NCBI GenBank assembly: GCA_050253415.1
Contig: JBFWJC010000003.1
Location: 96,001-160,000 of the forward strand
Origin: Pedobacter sp.
GTDB taxonomy: Bacteria; Desulfobacterota; Desulfuromonadia; Desulfuromonadales; Syntrophotaleaceae
Direction: 5' to 3'
Length of the DNA stretch: 64,000 nucleotides
Numbering within the stretch: the first letter of the stretch is position 1; each line of letters starts with the position of its first letter. Position numbers and translations under genes: made by a program. This document shows, one piece after another, positions 48,386 through 58,999 of this stretch. Below the pieces are notes generated by a model, which saw nothing but the letters and a program-made list of their open reading frames with translations, did not search any database and was not told where the DNA came from.

Positions 48386-49495
48386 ATGAATATCCTGTTG
48401 CTGGAGCCGTATATGGCCGGTTCGCATGCTGCCTGGGCGAGCCAGTATGCCGCATACAGCCGGCACCAGGTGCAGGTGCTGGGACTGCCAGGTCGACACT
48501 GGAAATGGCGCATGCATGGCGGTGCTGTTACCCTGGCCGGTCAGTGGCTGGCTAAGCAAGCTCCTGTCGATTTGCTGCTTGCCACAGATATGCTTGATCT
48601 GGCTTGTTTTCAGGGGTTGACCCGTTATCGTTGTGGCGCCGTGCCATCGGTTCTTTATTTTCACGAAAACCAACTGACTTATCCTTGGTCTCCACGTGAT
48701 GCCGATCCCGGTCAACAGCGTGATGCTCACTACGCTTTTCTGAACTTTACCAGTGCCTTGGCCGCGGATTCCGTTCTGTTTAATTCGCGTTACCACCATG
48801 ATGCCTTTTTTGAGGCGTTGCCCCGCTTTTTGAAACGTTTTCCCGATTGCCGACAACTGGACGATGCCACGCGTATTCGTGATAAAAGCCAGGTGTTGCC
48901 ACTTGGGCTTGATTTACGCCGGCTGGATGCTTCCCGGGAAGAGAAGACTCTTTCCAAGTCCGGGCCGCTGATTCTGTGGAACCATCGTTGGGAATACGAT
49001 AAAAATCCGGAAGCGTTCTTTTCAGCCCTGTTCGTTCTTGCCGATGAAGGCTGGCCTTTTGAGGTGGCTGTACTCGGGGAGTGTTTTGCCGAGATACCTG
49101 ATATTTTTCAGCAGGCGCAGCAACGTCTCGGGGACCGCATTGTTCATTTCGGTTTTGCACGTAGTTTTGACGAATATGCGCGCTGGTTGTGGCGGGCCGA
49201 TATTTTGCCGGTCACCTCGATTCACGATTTTTTCGGTATCAGCGTAGTCGAAGCCATGTATTGCCAAACCTGGCCTCTGCTTCCGCGACGTCTTGCGTAT
49301 CCGGAACACCTCCCGGCAAAGTGGCATGATCGGCATCTGTACGACAGCTCGCAGGAATTGCTCGATGGCTTGCGGGCGTTGTTGGCCGATCCCTCGGTGA
49401 TGGACGGGCAAAACCCGCGTGCATGGGTAGAGGGTTACGACTGGCATTGGCAGGCATCGCGCTATGATAGCCTGTTTCAATCGATGATTGTATAA
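48386..49495 (+). CDS. GT-B glycosyltransferase, DUF3524/GTDC1-like
   Basis: EPYMAGSH, LPGRHWKWRM, YFHENQLTYP, WNHRWEYDKNP, FFGISVVEA. Confidence 0.85.
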   Translation: MNILLLEPYMAGSHAAWASQYAAYSRHQVQVLGLPGRHWKWRMHGGAVTLAGQWLAKQAPVDLLLATDMLDLACFQGLTRYRCGAVPSVLYFHENQLTYPWSPRDADPGQQRDAHYAFLNFTSALAADSVLFNSRYHHDAFFEALPRFLKRFPDCRQLDDATRIRDKSQVLPLGLDLRRLDASREEKTLSKSGPLILWNHRWEYDKNPEAFFSALFVLADEGWPFEVAVLGECFAEIPDIFQQAQQRLGDRIVHFGFARSFDEYARWLWRADILPVTSIHDFFGISVVEAMYCQTWPLLPRRLAYPEHLPAKWHDRHLYDSSQELLDGLRALLADPSVMDGQNPRAWVEGYDWHWQASRYDSLFQSMIV

Positions 49496-49497
49496 CT

Positions 49498-49676
49498 GGT
49501 TTTCATCCGGAAGCGGACCTTTTCCTTAATCTCTGCGTCAATTTGCACGGTTGCTTCTGCGGCGTAAACCACGATGCCTGGGCGCAACCGTTTAACTTCC
49601 TTGACCTTGAGAGAAATTGCTCGTTTCCCCTGTTAAAACGTCACTGTATTCATCCAATGTTTCCGGATGTACAAAC
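49498..49676. mobile_element. MITE-like intergenic element
   Basis: GTTTTCATCCGGAA ... TTCCGGATGTACAAAC terminal inverted repeats; internal CGGTTGC/GCAACCG stem. Confidence 0.5.
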
Positions 49677-49794
49677 TAACTATGCATTGTTACCCCGGAT
49701 TCCTTAAAGAGGCGCTTCGTTCAGGAAAACTTGCTATAATGGGCTGTCTCCTGAGTTCGAGAATAGCTATTTTATTAATCATATCGGAGCTGCA

Positions 49795-51045
49795 ATGAAC
49801 GACGATTTTGACGATTATCCTTTTTTCTCCGATGAAGAGCGGGATCTTCTGGAAATGGCCCAGGTGGCCTTTCAACAGGGTGACCTGGTCCATGCGCTGG
49901 AACTTGGCGAAGCCTGGCTCGAGGATCACCCCCTGGATGTCGAAGCTATGCATTTATGTGCCCTGGCTGCTGCTGGTCAAGGGGACGAGAGCAAGGCCAT
50001 GGCTTTGTATCGCAAAGCCTTACGGTTTGAACCTGCGCATGGAACGCTGCATCACAATATCGGTGCTCTGCTGGAAAGGCGCAAAGACTATGTGAATGCC
50101 TTATATCATCTCCGGCGGGCTTTGGAACTGCAGCCTGATTTCCCAGAAATCTACATGAATCTTGGCAACGTCCTCGATGCACTGGGTCAGTCGGAGGAAG
50201 CGCTGGCCATGTACCAGGAGGCCTTGCGGCGCCTGCCCGATACGGACGATGTTTATTTCAACCAGGGATGTACCTTAAACCGCATGGGGCGCTATCTGGA
50301 GTCGTTGGAGAGTTTTGAGACGATATTGAAGGACGATCCTGATAATGCCGCCGCTCTGAACGGCAGAGGGTTGGCTCTTGTCGGTCTGGGGCGTGATGCA
50401 GAGGCGATCGACGCTTTTTCCGCAGCCATACGATACGCTCCCGACAGCACCCTGTATCTTTACAATCGTGCTTTGGCCCTGCGTGGCCAGCAGCGCTTGC
50501 AGGATGCACTGCTGGACCTGGATAAGGCTTTGATTATCGATGCAGGGTTTTTGGAAGCATCGTTGCAAAAGGCGGAAGTGCTTCATGAACTGGGGCAATG
50601 GGATGCAAGTTGGCAGGCTCTGGCAACCGCAGGAATTTCCGACCCGGCTCGCCCGGAAATCGCATGCTGTAAAGGGCTTTTGCTGGAAAGCCAGGGTGAT
50701 CTGAATGGCGCCCTGATGGCATTGGAGCAATGCCTTACCAGTTTCCCCAACGACCGAAAGGCTCTCGGTCATAAGGGGCTGGTGCTTATGGAGCTTGGCC
50801 GGTACGACGAGGCTATCCTTTGTTTTAACGCGGTTCTGGCGCAGGGTGAAAATCCGGAAATAGCTTACCGCCGGGCCTGCATTTACGCACAACAGGGGCA
50901 GGTTCGCAAAGCGGTTCAGTCGCTTGGTCAAGCTGCCGCCCACGATCCGGCCAAACTGTTGGCCGCCCAAACCGATTCTGCTTTTGATGCTGTAAGAGAG
51001 TCGCCGTCATTCAGGCGCCTGTTCAAGAAGTATCACCTCACCTAG
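49795..51045 (+). CDS. TPR repeat protein
   Basis: Multiple TPR motifs; C-terminal YRRACIYA...D.AFD. Confidence 0.88.
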   Translation: MNDDFDDYPFFSDEERDLLEMAQVAFQQGDLVHALELGEAWLEDHPLDVEAMHLCALAAAGQGDESKAMALYRKALRFEPAHGTLHHNIGALLERRKDYVNALYHLRRALELQPDFPEIYMNLGNVLDALGQSEEALAMYQEALRRLPDTDDVYFNQGCTLNRMGRYLESLESFETILKDDPDNAAALNGRGLALVGLGRDAEAIDAFSAAIRYAPDSTLYLYNRALALRGQQRLQDALLDLDKALIIDAGFLEASLQKAEVLHELGQWDASWQALATAGISDPARPEIACCKGLLLESQGDLNGALMALEQCLTSFPNDRKALGHKGLVLMELGRYDEAILCFNAVLAQGENPEIAYRRACIYAQQGQVRKAVQSLGQAAAHDPAKLLAAQTDSAFDAVRESPSFRRLFKKYHLT

Positions 51046-51074
51046 TAGGCTGTCGGACTATCCGACAGCCTACT
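51044..51074. repeat. Perfect palindrome AGTAGGCTGTCGGA-CTA-TCCGACAGCCTACT
   Basis: 14-bp arms, 3-nt loop. Confidence 0.85.
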
Positions 51075-51095
51075 GGCGTTGCCGGAGCCTTTTTT

Positions 51096-51787
51096 ATGTC
51101 ACAGGAAATGCGGTCTATTACCAAAACCACCTTCCGGGTGCAGGGTATGCATTGCACTTCCTGTGCGCAGAGCCTGGAAAAAAATTTACGCCAGATCGAT
51201 GGGGTATCTTCGGCTCGGGTTAATTTTGCCGTGGAAAAGGCATCGGTGCATTTCGCTGCCTCTGTGGTGGATAAATCAGAGCTGTTTGCTGCTGTGCGCG
51301 CGGCCGGTTTCAGACCGCTGACTGCCCGTAGCGCTATTGATGAAGCCCGGCAGGAACGTACCGAGCGACTCTGGTTGGTTTTTTCCGCAATGTTGACTCT
51401 GCCTGTTTTGCCGCTGATGTGGTGGCATCCTTTCGGGGCAAAAACCCTCTATGTCATTGTCGGGTTGGCCACCGTCGTCCAGTTCAGCGCCGGACTTACC
51501 TTCTATCGTGGCGCATGGCAATCCTTATGTAACCGCTCCGCCAACATGGATGTGTTGGTGGCTCTCGGAATCCGTGCGGCCAGGGGGTATTCAATCATAT
51601 GTTCTGGGCGTTTTTTTACAATATGGTAGGCATACCGGTTGCCGCTGGCGTCCTCTATCCGCCGTTCGGGGTGGTTCTCAAACCCGAGTATGCAGGATTG
51701 GCCATGGCTTTGTCGAGCGTCTCGGTGGTGACCAACAGTTTGTTGTTGCGCGGCTACGGGGCACGTTTACGGCGTCGAATCACCTGA
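51096..51787 (+). pseudogene. copA: Heavy-metal P1B-ATPase (CopA-like) pseudogene with large internal deletion
   Basis: GMHCTSC HMA domain and [10 protein letters not shown] joined out of frame to C-terminal [36 protein letters not shown] and GDG motifs absent. Confidence 0.9.
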
Positions 51788-51797
51788 GGAGGGTTCC

Positions 51798-52259
51798 ATG
51801 CGTCAGCGGATGATCGGGGTTATTGGGGCGGGTACGGCTACAGCCACAGGTTATGAAGCAGCCCGTCAGGTAGGGCGTCTGATTGCCGAGGCCGGTGCGG
51901 TGCTGGTATGTGGCGGACTCGGCGGTGTCATGGAAGCTGCCTGTCGTGGCGCCTGCGAGGCCGGCGGACAGACCCTTGGCCTTTTACCCGGTCCCGAAGC
52001 AGCGCAGGCCAATCCATGGGTGACTCTGGCGGTGCCCACCAATCTTGGACATGCACGCAATGTAATCATTGCCCACACCGCCCAGGCGTTGATCGCCGTG
52101 GAGGGAGAGTTTGGAACCCTGTCGGAAATGGCTATCGGTCTCAAACTGGGTAAGCCGGTCGTGGCGCTTGGCAGTTGGCCCGGATTGCCCGGTGTGATTT
52201 ATACCAATACGCCCGCGGAGGCCGCTGCAAGAGCTATGGCAGCCATTGAAGACTTGTAA
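51798..52259 (+). CDS. TIGR00725-type Rossmann-fold (LOG-like) protein
   Basis: IGVIG, CGGLGGVMEAA, ARN, GTLSE, KPVV. Confidence 0.88.
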   Translation: MRQRMIGVIGAGTATATGYEAARQVGRLIAEAGAVLVCGGLGGVMEAACRGACEAGGQTLGLLPGPEAAQANPWVTLAVPTNLGHARNVIIAHTAQALIAVEGEFGTLSEMAIGLKLGKPVVALGSWPGLPGVIYTNTPAEAAARAMAAIEDL

Positions 52260-52276
52260 ATAAAAATACCTTTAGC

Positions 52277-53338
52277 GTGAGGAATGCAATGACGGCTGAA
52301 GCGATGGTGGATTTGAAACATACCCTGGAGTTTACCGAGAAGTTTCTGGGCTGGATGCGCGGTCGCGGCGCGGTTTTGATCGTCACCCACGACCATCCCG
52401 ACCCTGATTCGCTGGCGGCGGCCATGGCTCTTAAACACCTGATCACGATAAAAACCGGTCAACCCACCACCGTGGCTTTCGGCGGGATGATAGGCCGGGG
52501 GGAAAATCGGGTCATGGTGGAGAAACTGGAAATCGACGTGGTTCCGCTTGATTCCCTTGATCTGAATCGTTTTCAGGTGGTGTGCATGGTCGATAGCCAG
52601 CCGGGCACGGGAAACAATTCCTTCCCGCGGGAGCGCAAGGTTGATCTGGTCATCGATCATCATCCCGCTCGCGAGTCGTGCCAGGATGTACGCTGGGTCG
52701 ATGTGCGCGACGAATACGGTGCAACCGCTACCATGTTGTACGAATATCTTGAGGCGCAACAGGTATCGTTCGGGACCAAACTCGCCACTATCCTGTTTTA
52801 TGCCATAAAATCCGAGACCCAGGATCTCGGTCGTGACTGGATCCGGGCAGACCGACGCGCCTACCTGCAGCTATTGCCGTTGGTCAATAACAGCATCCTG
52901 TTCGATATTATTCACCCTGAGGTTCCACGTGCTTATTTCGCCCACTTCAGTCATGCCATTCGTAATGCCATAATTTACAAAGATGCTCTGGTGTTCAATC
53001 TTTATGAGATTGACACCCCGGATATGGTTGCCGAACTTGCCGATTTCCTGTTGCGGGTTGACGAGGTCAAGGTAGTACTTGGAATGGGACATTATAAGCG
53101 GAGTATGGCATTGTCGTTTCGCACCTTGCGCCACGACCTCAATGCTGGTGAAATTCTGCAGTCCGTTGTCGCCGGTCTGGGCACGGCTGGCGGACACGGC
53201 ATGATTGCGGGCGGTCAGATCCCCTGCATTGCCGGTGACCGGGAAACACTCCAGCAGCTGGAACAGACACTTACTCACCGTTTACTGCAGGAGTTGGGTT
53301 GCTACCCTGTGCCCGGCCTGCCGTTGGTGGCCGAATAA
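52277..53338 (+). CDS. DHH family phosphoesterase
   Basis: HDHPDPD, VD, IDHH, GGH..AGG; exact start uncertain. Confidence 0.92.
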   Translation: MRNAMTAEAMVDLKHTLEFTEKFLGWMRGRGAVLIVTHDHPDPDSLAAAMALKHLITIKTGQPTTVAFGGMIGRGENRVMVEKLEIDVVPLDSLDLNRFQVVCMVDSQPGTGNNSFPRERKVDLVIDHHPARESCQDVRWVDVRDEYGATATMLYEYLEAQQVSFGTKLATILFYAIKSETQDLGRDWIRADRRAYLQLLPLVNNSILFDIIHPEVPRAYFAHFSHAIRNAIIYKDALVFNLYEIDTPDMVAELADFLLRVDEVKVVLGMGHYKRSMALSFRTLRHDLNAGEILQSVVAGLGTAGGHGMIAGGQIPCIAGDRETLQQLEQTLTHRLLQELGCYPVPGLPLVAE

Positions 53339-53413
53339 AACGGATAGGTCCGTTTTATTGACATGGGAAGAAGCGCCGAGGTATAAGAAACGGCTCGAAC
53401 CGAAGAGGAGACT

Positions 53414-54487
53414 ATGATCCGTTTTTTGATTCCCATATTGAGTTTACTGTTGGTCCTGCCTGCTCACGCGGCTGTGGAAGTTATTTTGGAAGGGCAGCCC
53501 CCGGTACGGATTCAAGAGGTGTATCACCGCGATGGTATGGCTTATCTGGCCATTGACGATGTGTTGCCCGTGCTAGGTTTGAAGGGGCGCTGGCAGTCGG
53601 TTGAACATGTCTATGAAATCACGACGCCACAGGGCCGCGCCATTATTTCTCCCGGGAGTCATTTTTTGCGCATTGGCAGCCAGATGATTCCTCTTGCCCA
53701 ACCACCGCGATTTGTGGACGGACGCTTGCGGATATCGGAAAGTTTTCTTCAGAACCAACTTGTTGGCCTGGTGAATCGCTCGGTGGTTTATCGCAATCTT
53801 GATCCCAACAATACCCAGGATCCTAATCCCGGTACACAACTCGATCGCCTGTTTGCTTTTTTGCTGAAGCGCGAACCCGCCGATGCAAAGGATCTCAGGG
53901 CGGTAACCAAAATTGCTATTGACCCAGGGCATGGCGGAGAAGACCCGGGTGCCATCGGGGTAGGCGGTATCAAGGAAAAACAGGTTACCCTGGCCATCGC
54001 CCAAAAGGTGGCAAGGCAGATCAAGATGCAGCTTGGTATGCCGGTTGTCCTGGCCCGTAATGACGATTATGCCCTCACACAGGATCAGAGGCTGCAAGCC
54101 TTTTCCCAATCAGGCGCCGATGTGTTGATGGTGTTGCATGCCCAGGCATCCTTCGCTTCGTCTCCCCATGGTATTGTTCTGTTCGTACGGCCCCGTGAGG
54201 AACAGGCTTCCGGTACCGTAGCGGAGAATGATGGCAGTATGCAATTGGCTCAGACTCTCAAATCGTCCCTGTTGGCAGCGGGATTGCCGGTGCAGGGTAT
54301 TCTAAGGGCCCCGTTGTTGCCTTTGGGACGCGGTGATTTGCCCACAGTATTGGTGGAAGTGGGGTATCTGAGCCATGTCGACGATCAGGCTCGCCTGACC
54401 GTAGAAGAGGGGCAAAGTGCTATAGCCGCAGCTCTGTTTAATGGTCTCAACACCTTTGCCGAAAAAAAGCAGGAGGATTTTCTGTGA
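53414..54487 (+). CDS. N-acetylmuramoyl-L-alanine amidase (Amidase_3)
   Basis: Signal peptide, [24 protein letters not shown]. Confidence 0.88.
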   Translation: MIRFLIPILSLLLVLPAHAAVEVILEGQPPVRIQEVYHRDGMAYLAIDDVLPVLGLKGRWQSVEHVYEITTPQGRAIISPGSHFLRIGSQMIPLAQPPRFVDGRLRISESFLQNQLVGLVNRSVVYRNLDPNNTQDPNPGTQLDRLFAFLLKREPADAKDLRAVTKIAIDPGHGGEDPGAIGVGGIKEKQVTLAIAQKVARQIKMQLGMPVVLARNDDYALTQDQRLQAFSQSGADVLMVLHAQASFASSPHGIVLFVRPREEQASGTVAENDGSMQLAQTLKSSLLAAGLPVQGILRAPLLPLGRGDLPTVLVEVGYLSHVDDQARLTVEEGQSAIAAALFNGLNTFAEKKQEDFL

Positions 54488-55218
54488 GTGATTCCGTAAC
54501 CCGTCGTGCCGATGGTCGAACTCCCTCCGAGTTGCGAACCGTATATTTCAGTCGTGGTTTTACCCGCTATGCCGAGGGATCGGTGCTGGTATCGTTCGGA
54601 GAAACCCGAGTTTTGTGCAATGCTACCGTCGAGGATGGCGTGCCGTCATTTCTTCGCGGTCAGGGGCAGGGCTGGATCACCGCGGAATATTCCATGTTGC
54701 CTCGCGCAACCCATGTGCGCTCTTCGCGGGAAGCAACGCGTGGCAAAGTGAGTGGCCGCACCAGTGAAATTCAACGCCTGATCGGTCGTTCCCTGCGGGC
54801 AATCTGTGACCTTGAGGCTCTTGGAGAAAGGACCATCCTCATCGACTGCGATGTTCTGCAGGCCGATGGCGGCACGCGAACAGCTGCTATTACCGGCGCC
54901 TACGTGGCTTTGCACGATGCCATTTACGGCCTGATTCGGGAAAACCACCTGGTTGACTCACCGCTACGCGATAGCGTTTCTGCCGTGAGTGTCGGCTTGG
55001 TCGATGGACATCCGCTGCTGGATCTTGATTATGGCGAGGATTTCCGGGCCGAGGTCGATATGAATTTTGTTATTACCGGGTCCGGGACTTTTGTCGAGGT
55101 GCAGGGAACTGCCGAGGAACGCCCCTTTACCATGCAGGAACTGGACGACTTACGCAATCTGGCCCTGGCGGGCTGCCGGGATTTAAACCGGTTGCAGCTT
55201 CAGTCTCTGGAGGCATAA
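54484..55218 (+). CDS. rph: Ribonuclease PH
   Basis: [30 protein letters not shown]. Confidence 0.97.
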   Translation: MSDSVTRRADGRTPSELRTVYFSRGFTRYAEGSVLVSFGETRVLCNATVEDGVPSFLRGQGQGWITAEYSMLPRATHVRSSREATRGKVSGRTSEIQRLIGRSLRAICDLEALGERTILIDCDVLQADGGTRTAAITGAYVALHDAIYGLIRENHLVDSPLRDSVSAVSVGLVDGHPLLDLDYGEDFRAEVDMNFVITGSGTFVEVQGTAEERPFTMQELDDLRNLALAGCRDLNRLQLQSLEA

Positions 55219-55220
55219 CG

Positions 55221-55811
55221 ATGGAACTGCTGGTTGCGACACGTAATATCGGTAAGTTAAAGGAAATACAGCGGTTGCTGACTGATACCGGCATTATTGT
55301 CAAAGGGTTGGAGGAGTGCGGCGATCTTCCCGACGTTGTGGAAGATGGCGATACGTTCGCGGCCAATGCCCATAAAAAGGCTGCCATCATGGCTCAATTG
55401 ACCGGTTATCTCACCCTTGCGGATGATTCCGGTTTGGCGGTCGAGGCGCTCGACGGCCGACCGGGTATCTATTCAGCCCGTTATGCCGGCGATTGCGCTT
55501 CGGATGCCGATAATAATCGTAAGTTGCTTGAGGATATGGCCGATGTGGCTTTCAGTCATCGTCAAGCGGCTTTCCATTGCGTGCTGGCCCTGTGCACCCC
55601 TGATGGCGACTGCCAGCTGTTCGAGGGGCGTCTTGACGGGATGATTCTTGAGCAGGCCAGGGGGGATGGAGGCTTTGGTTACGATCCGCTGTTTCTGGTA
55701 CCTGAATACGGTCGAACCCTTGCGGAATTGCCGCTGGAGATAAAAAACCGCATAAGTCACCGAGGTCAGGCATTCAAACGTCTTGGCGAATATCTCCGAA
55801 AGAGCCATTAG
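55221..55811 (+). CDS. rdgB: XTP/dITP diphosphatase
   Basis: [33 protein letters not shown]. Confidence 0.96.
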   Translation: MELLVATRNIGKLKEIQRLLTDTGIIVKGLEECGDLPDVVEDGDTFAANAHKKAAIMAQLTGYLTLADDSGLAVEALDGRPGIYSARYAGDCASDADNNRKLLEDMADVAFSHRQAAFHCVLALCTPDGDCQLFEGRLDGMILEQARGDGGFGYDPLFLVPEYGRTLAELPLEIKNRISHRGQAFKRLGEYLRKSH

Positions 55812-56047
55812 TTTTCCTTTCAACTTTCTTCCCTTTATATCCCCCCCATCCGAATTGTCGCACATAATCCTTTTGTGTAGTCCCCGGCCCGAGCCGGGGA
55901 CTGTGCTCCAAGGTTTTTCTCATCACCACTACTGCAAGTAGAATGTTGCTCACCCGTTGTGCAGGTTTTTGCGGGCTGTGGTTGCATCGGCGCCAATATG
56001 CTGCATAATTAACAGCGATATGTATTTTCACCATGATAGAGGGCTCT

Positions 56048-56574
56048 TGGCTATTTTTCGTTTCCTGTTCGTATCGATGTGCGCTTTGCTGTTCTGCCCC
56101 GGTTGTGGCAGCGTGCAGAAACCGCCCAGTGTGGTCGGCAGCATCGATCTTCAGCGTTATTCAGGCACATGGTACGAAATTGCTCGTTATCCAAACCGGT
56201 TTGAAAAAGGCTGCGAAGGGGTAACAGCGACCTATCGGATGGTTGAGGATGGCAGTCTGGAGGTCATCAATCGTTGTCGTCGCGCGGATTCCGAAGGGAG
56301 TGTCAGTGAGATCAAGGGGCGCGCCAAAGTTCACGATGAGCAGAGTCCTGCTAAATTCAAGGTGACCTTTTTCTGGCCCTTTTACGGTCACTATTGGATT
56401 ATCGACTTGGCGGATGATTACAGTTGGGCAGTCATCGGGCACCCGAGGAGGAAGTATCTATGGATCCTTGCCCGACAAGCGCACCTGGAAAAGGATGTGC
56501 TTCAAAAAATTCTGTTACGCATAGTCGTCCAGGGTTACGACCCTGAAAGACTCATTTATCCGAAGCAGCCATGA
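56048..56574 (+). CDS. blc: Bacterial lipocalin
   Basis: RYSGTWYEIARYP, KVTFFWPFYG.YWI, YLWILAR; start uncertain. Confidence 0.88.
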
Positions 56575-56646
56575 AAAGATCCGTTTCAATCGACACAGTC
56601 ATGGAAACGGGTAGGTAATCACCCTAACCTAGAGGGAGGTGGAGCA

Positions 56647-56955
56647 ATGCGAAAATGGCAAATACTATTGGGAGGCGCCGCTTTATCGGTCATGGTTCTA
56701 AGTGGATGTTCAGCGCAGCTCAGTGCCACCGATCGTGAATTGGTCAATCAGGCCGTGCAATCCGGTCAGATGGCTGCGGACCAGGCTCAGAAGGCTCAAG
56801 TGTCCGCCGGTATGGCAAGCGATGCGGCAATGCGCGCCGAAGAATCCGCCCAGCGAGCTGAAGCTGCTTCAGCCCAGGCGGACAAAAGCGCCGCCGCTGC
56901 TCAAGCCAGCGCTGAGAAAGCGGAGCGCGCTTTTGAAATGTGTCAGAAAAAATAA
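56647..56955 (+). CDS. Alanine-zipper outer-membrane lipoprotein (Lpp/OprI-like)
   Basis: GGAGG RBS, lipobox LSGC, Ala-rich coiled coil, C-terminal KK; hairpin terminator follows. Confidence 0.82.
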   Translation: MRKWQILLGGAALSVMVLSGCSAQLSATDRELVNQAVQSGQMAADQAQKAQVSAGMASDAAMRAEESAQRAEAASAQADKSAAAAQASAEKAERAFEMCQKK

Positions 56956-57113
56956 TCAGGAGGTTTTCCCACAATGCCCTGCAGTGCAAGCTGTGGGGCA
57001 TTTTTTTTGCATGGGTGGGATAGCGCAAAAGTCCCCATCCTGGTATTGCCTAAAAAACATGATGGGAATGAAGCAATGATTTTTCAATCCAATATCCATG
57101 AAGGTTCTTTCCT

Positions 57114-58082
57114 ATGTCATGTCTTATTACGGCAATAATTTGTACGCATAATCGGGCAGACTATTTATCTCGGGCGCTGGACAGCCTGGTTTGCCAAAGT
57201 CTGCCGCTGGATCAATACGAAATACTGGTTGTGGACAATGCGTCAACGGATGGTACTGCGTCGTTGGTTCGCGAGTATCAGGCAAAGTATCCACACCTGG
57301 GTTATCTGCGGGAGGATAACCTGGGCTTGTCGATTGCGCGAAATCGCGGCTGGCAGGCAGCGCGGGCGGATTACGTGGCGTTTCTGGACGATGATGCCGC
57401 AGCGTGCCACGAATGGCTTGAAACACTATTGGAGGTTTTTCAAAGGATTACGCCGACCCCTGGATTTATTGGGGGCAAGGTTACTCTGGATTGGGAAACA
57501 TCACGTCCTGCCTGGCTGACCGATTCAATGTTGTCTCCACTGGCCTATCTTGACTACGGCGAACTAGGTCGTTATTTGCAGGACGAATATCTGTGGGGGG
57601 TGAACATTGCCTTTCCCCGAGCGTTGCTGGAAAGTGTCGGCGGATTTGCTGAGAACCTGGGGCGTAAAGGTGAATGCTTGATTTCAAATGAAGAAACCTT
57701 GCTTCAGGACAAACTGTGCGCCATGGGTTATAAGGGCTATTACCAGCCCGAAGCCGGGGTTGCGCATTTAGTGCATCACAGCCGGCTTAGGAAAAGTTGG
57801 TATCGGCGCAGATATTTCTGGCAGGGGTATTCGGATGTTCTTTCACTTATCTCAAATGACGCGCCTGTTGAGAAGAACGTTTTTCTATCCTTGCTGAAAG
57901 AGGTGTGGGCATTGCTCTGGCGGGTGAAGAAGGGCTACAAGTGCTTGCTACCCTATAAAAAATTCAATGGCCTGCGTTATCAGTTGCAGGTAGCCAAAAG
58001 CTTCGGGGCCGTGGTCGCCTGGTACAGGCTGATGTACTTCCCTGAACGTTATTGCAATAGCGGGATTGTGAAGGAACGTTGA
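57114..58082 (+). CDS. Glycosyltransferase family 2
   Basis: IICTHNR, VVDNASTD, GLSIARN, FLDDD. Confidence 0.92.
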   Translation: MSCLITAIICTHNRADYLSRALDSLVCQSLPLDQYEILVVDNASTDGTASLVREYQAKYPHLGYLREDNLGLSIARNRGWQAARADYVAFLDDDAAACHEWLETLLEVFQRITPTPGFIGGKVTLDWETSRPAWLTDSMLSPLAYLDYGELGRYLQDEYLWGVNIAFPRALLESVGGFAENLGRKGECLISNEETLLQDKLCAMGYKGYYQPEAGVAHLVHHSRLRKSWYRRRYFWQGYSDVLSLISNDAPVEKNVFLSLLKEVWALLWRVKKGYKCLLPYKKFNGLRYQLQVAKSFGAVVAWYRLMYFPERYCNSGIVKER

Positions 58083-58093
58083 CGCTGGGATGA

Positions 58094-58999
58094 TTAATCC
58101 TGGGATATGACGGTAGGCACGCCACGGCCCAGATGAATTTCTTTTTCTACAACATCCCGGTTCACTTGGCCTTGACCGGTGATTTGTGTAATCCGCTGCA
58201 GAGTTTCCTCCAGTAAAACCTGGTCGCTGATAGTGTCCGAACGATGAACCTCCATCAGCAGCTTACCGTTGTGCATGCCGATTTTAACCGGTTGCCATAA
58301 AATACGGACGGCGTCCCCGACTTTTACACGGGCAAACAGGTCTCTTATATCCCAGGGATAAAGGCGCAGACAACCGTGACTGATGCGGCGGCCAACCCCG
58401 TACGGTTTACTGGTACCATGAATGCCGTAACCGGGTGCCGAAAGGCCGATCCAATATTCCCCCAGAGGGTTTTCGGGACCGGGGGGAATGCTGGCGGGAA
58501 GTTTCGGGTTTTCCAACCGTATGGACGCCGGGGGATGCCAGGCAGGATGAACTATTTTTTCAATGACTTCAAAGGACCCTTCGGGCGTGTCCCATCCCGA
58601 TCTGCCAATGCCTACCGGATAAACGCGTACCCGCAACCTGCTTTGTTCCTGCCAAACGTAATAGAGACGAAGTTCCGCCAAATTGATGGTGATGCCGGGT
58701 TGGATGTCTGCGGGTAGTAAAAAGGCATAAGGTAGCAAAATCCGTGTGCCATCCTGAGGTAACCAGGGGTCAACTTCTGGATTGGCGTTGCGTAAAGCGA
58801 GGTATCCCAGCCCCCCTTGGAGGGCAAGTTCAATTAAAGTATCCCCGGGCCGCGTATGATAAACCCGGTGCCTGCCAATCAGCGGGGATCCGCCGATTTG
58901 TGGAAGCAGGCTTTCGTCAGGCTGGATGGGATACCAGCCGTAGACGGTATTGCAACATAGGCATATTACGCCGAAAATACATGCAAATAATTTTCTCAT
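58094..58999 (-). CDS. L,D-transpeptidase (ErfK/YcfS family)
   Basis: LysM-like N-terminus, INLAELRLY, GPENPLG, IHGT...SHGCLRL. Confidence 0.92.
   Translation of the reverse strand: MRKLFACIFGVICLCCNTVYGWYPIQPDESLLPQIGGSPLIGRHRVYHTRPGDTLIELALQGGLGYLALRNANPEVDPWLPQDGTRILLPYAFLLPADIQPGITINLAELRLYYVWQEQSRLRVRVYPVGIGRSGWDTPEGSFEVIEKIVHPAWHPPASIRLENPKLPASIPPGPENPLGEYWIGLSAPGYGIHGTSKPYGVGRRISHGCLRLYPWDIRDLFARVKVGDAVRILWQPVKIGMHNGKLLMEVHRSDTISDQVLLEETLQRITQITGQGQVNRDVVEKEIHLGRGVPTVISQD

Noticed and set aside
55812..55960. tRNA after rdgB
   Set aside because: Only a hairpin (AGTCCCCGGC/GCCGGGGACT); no T-loop or cloverleaf seen.
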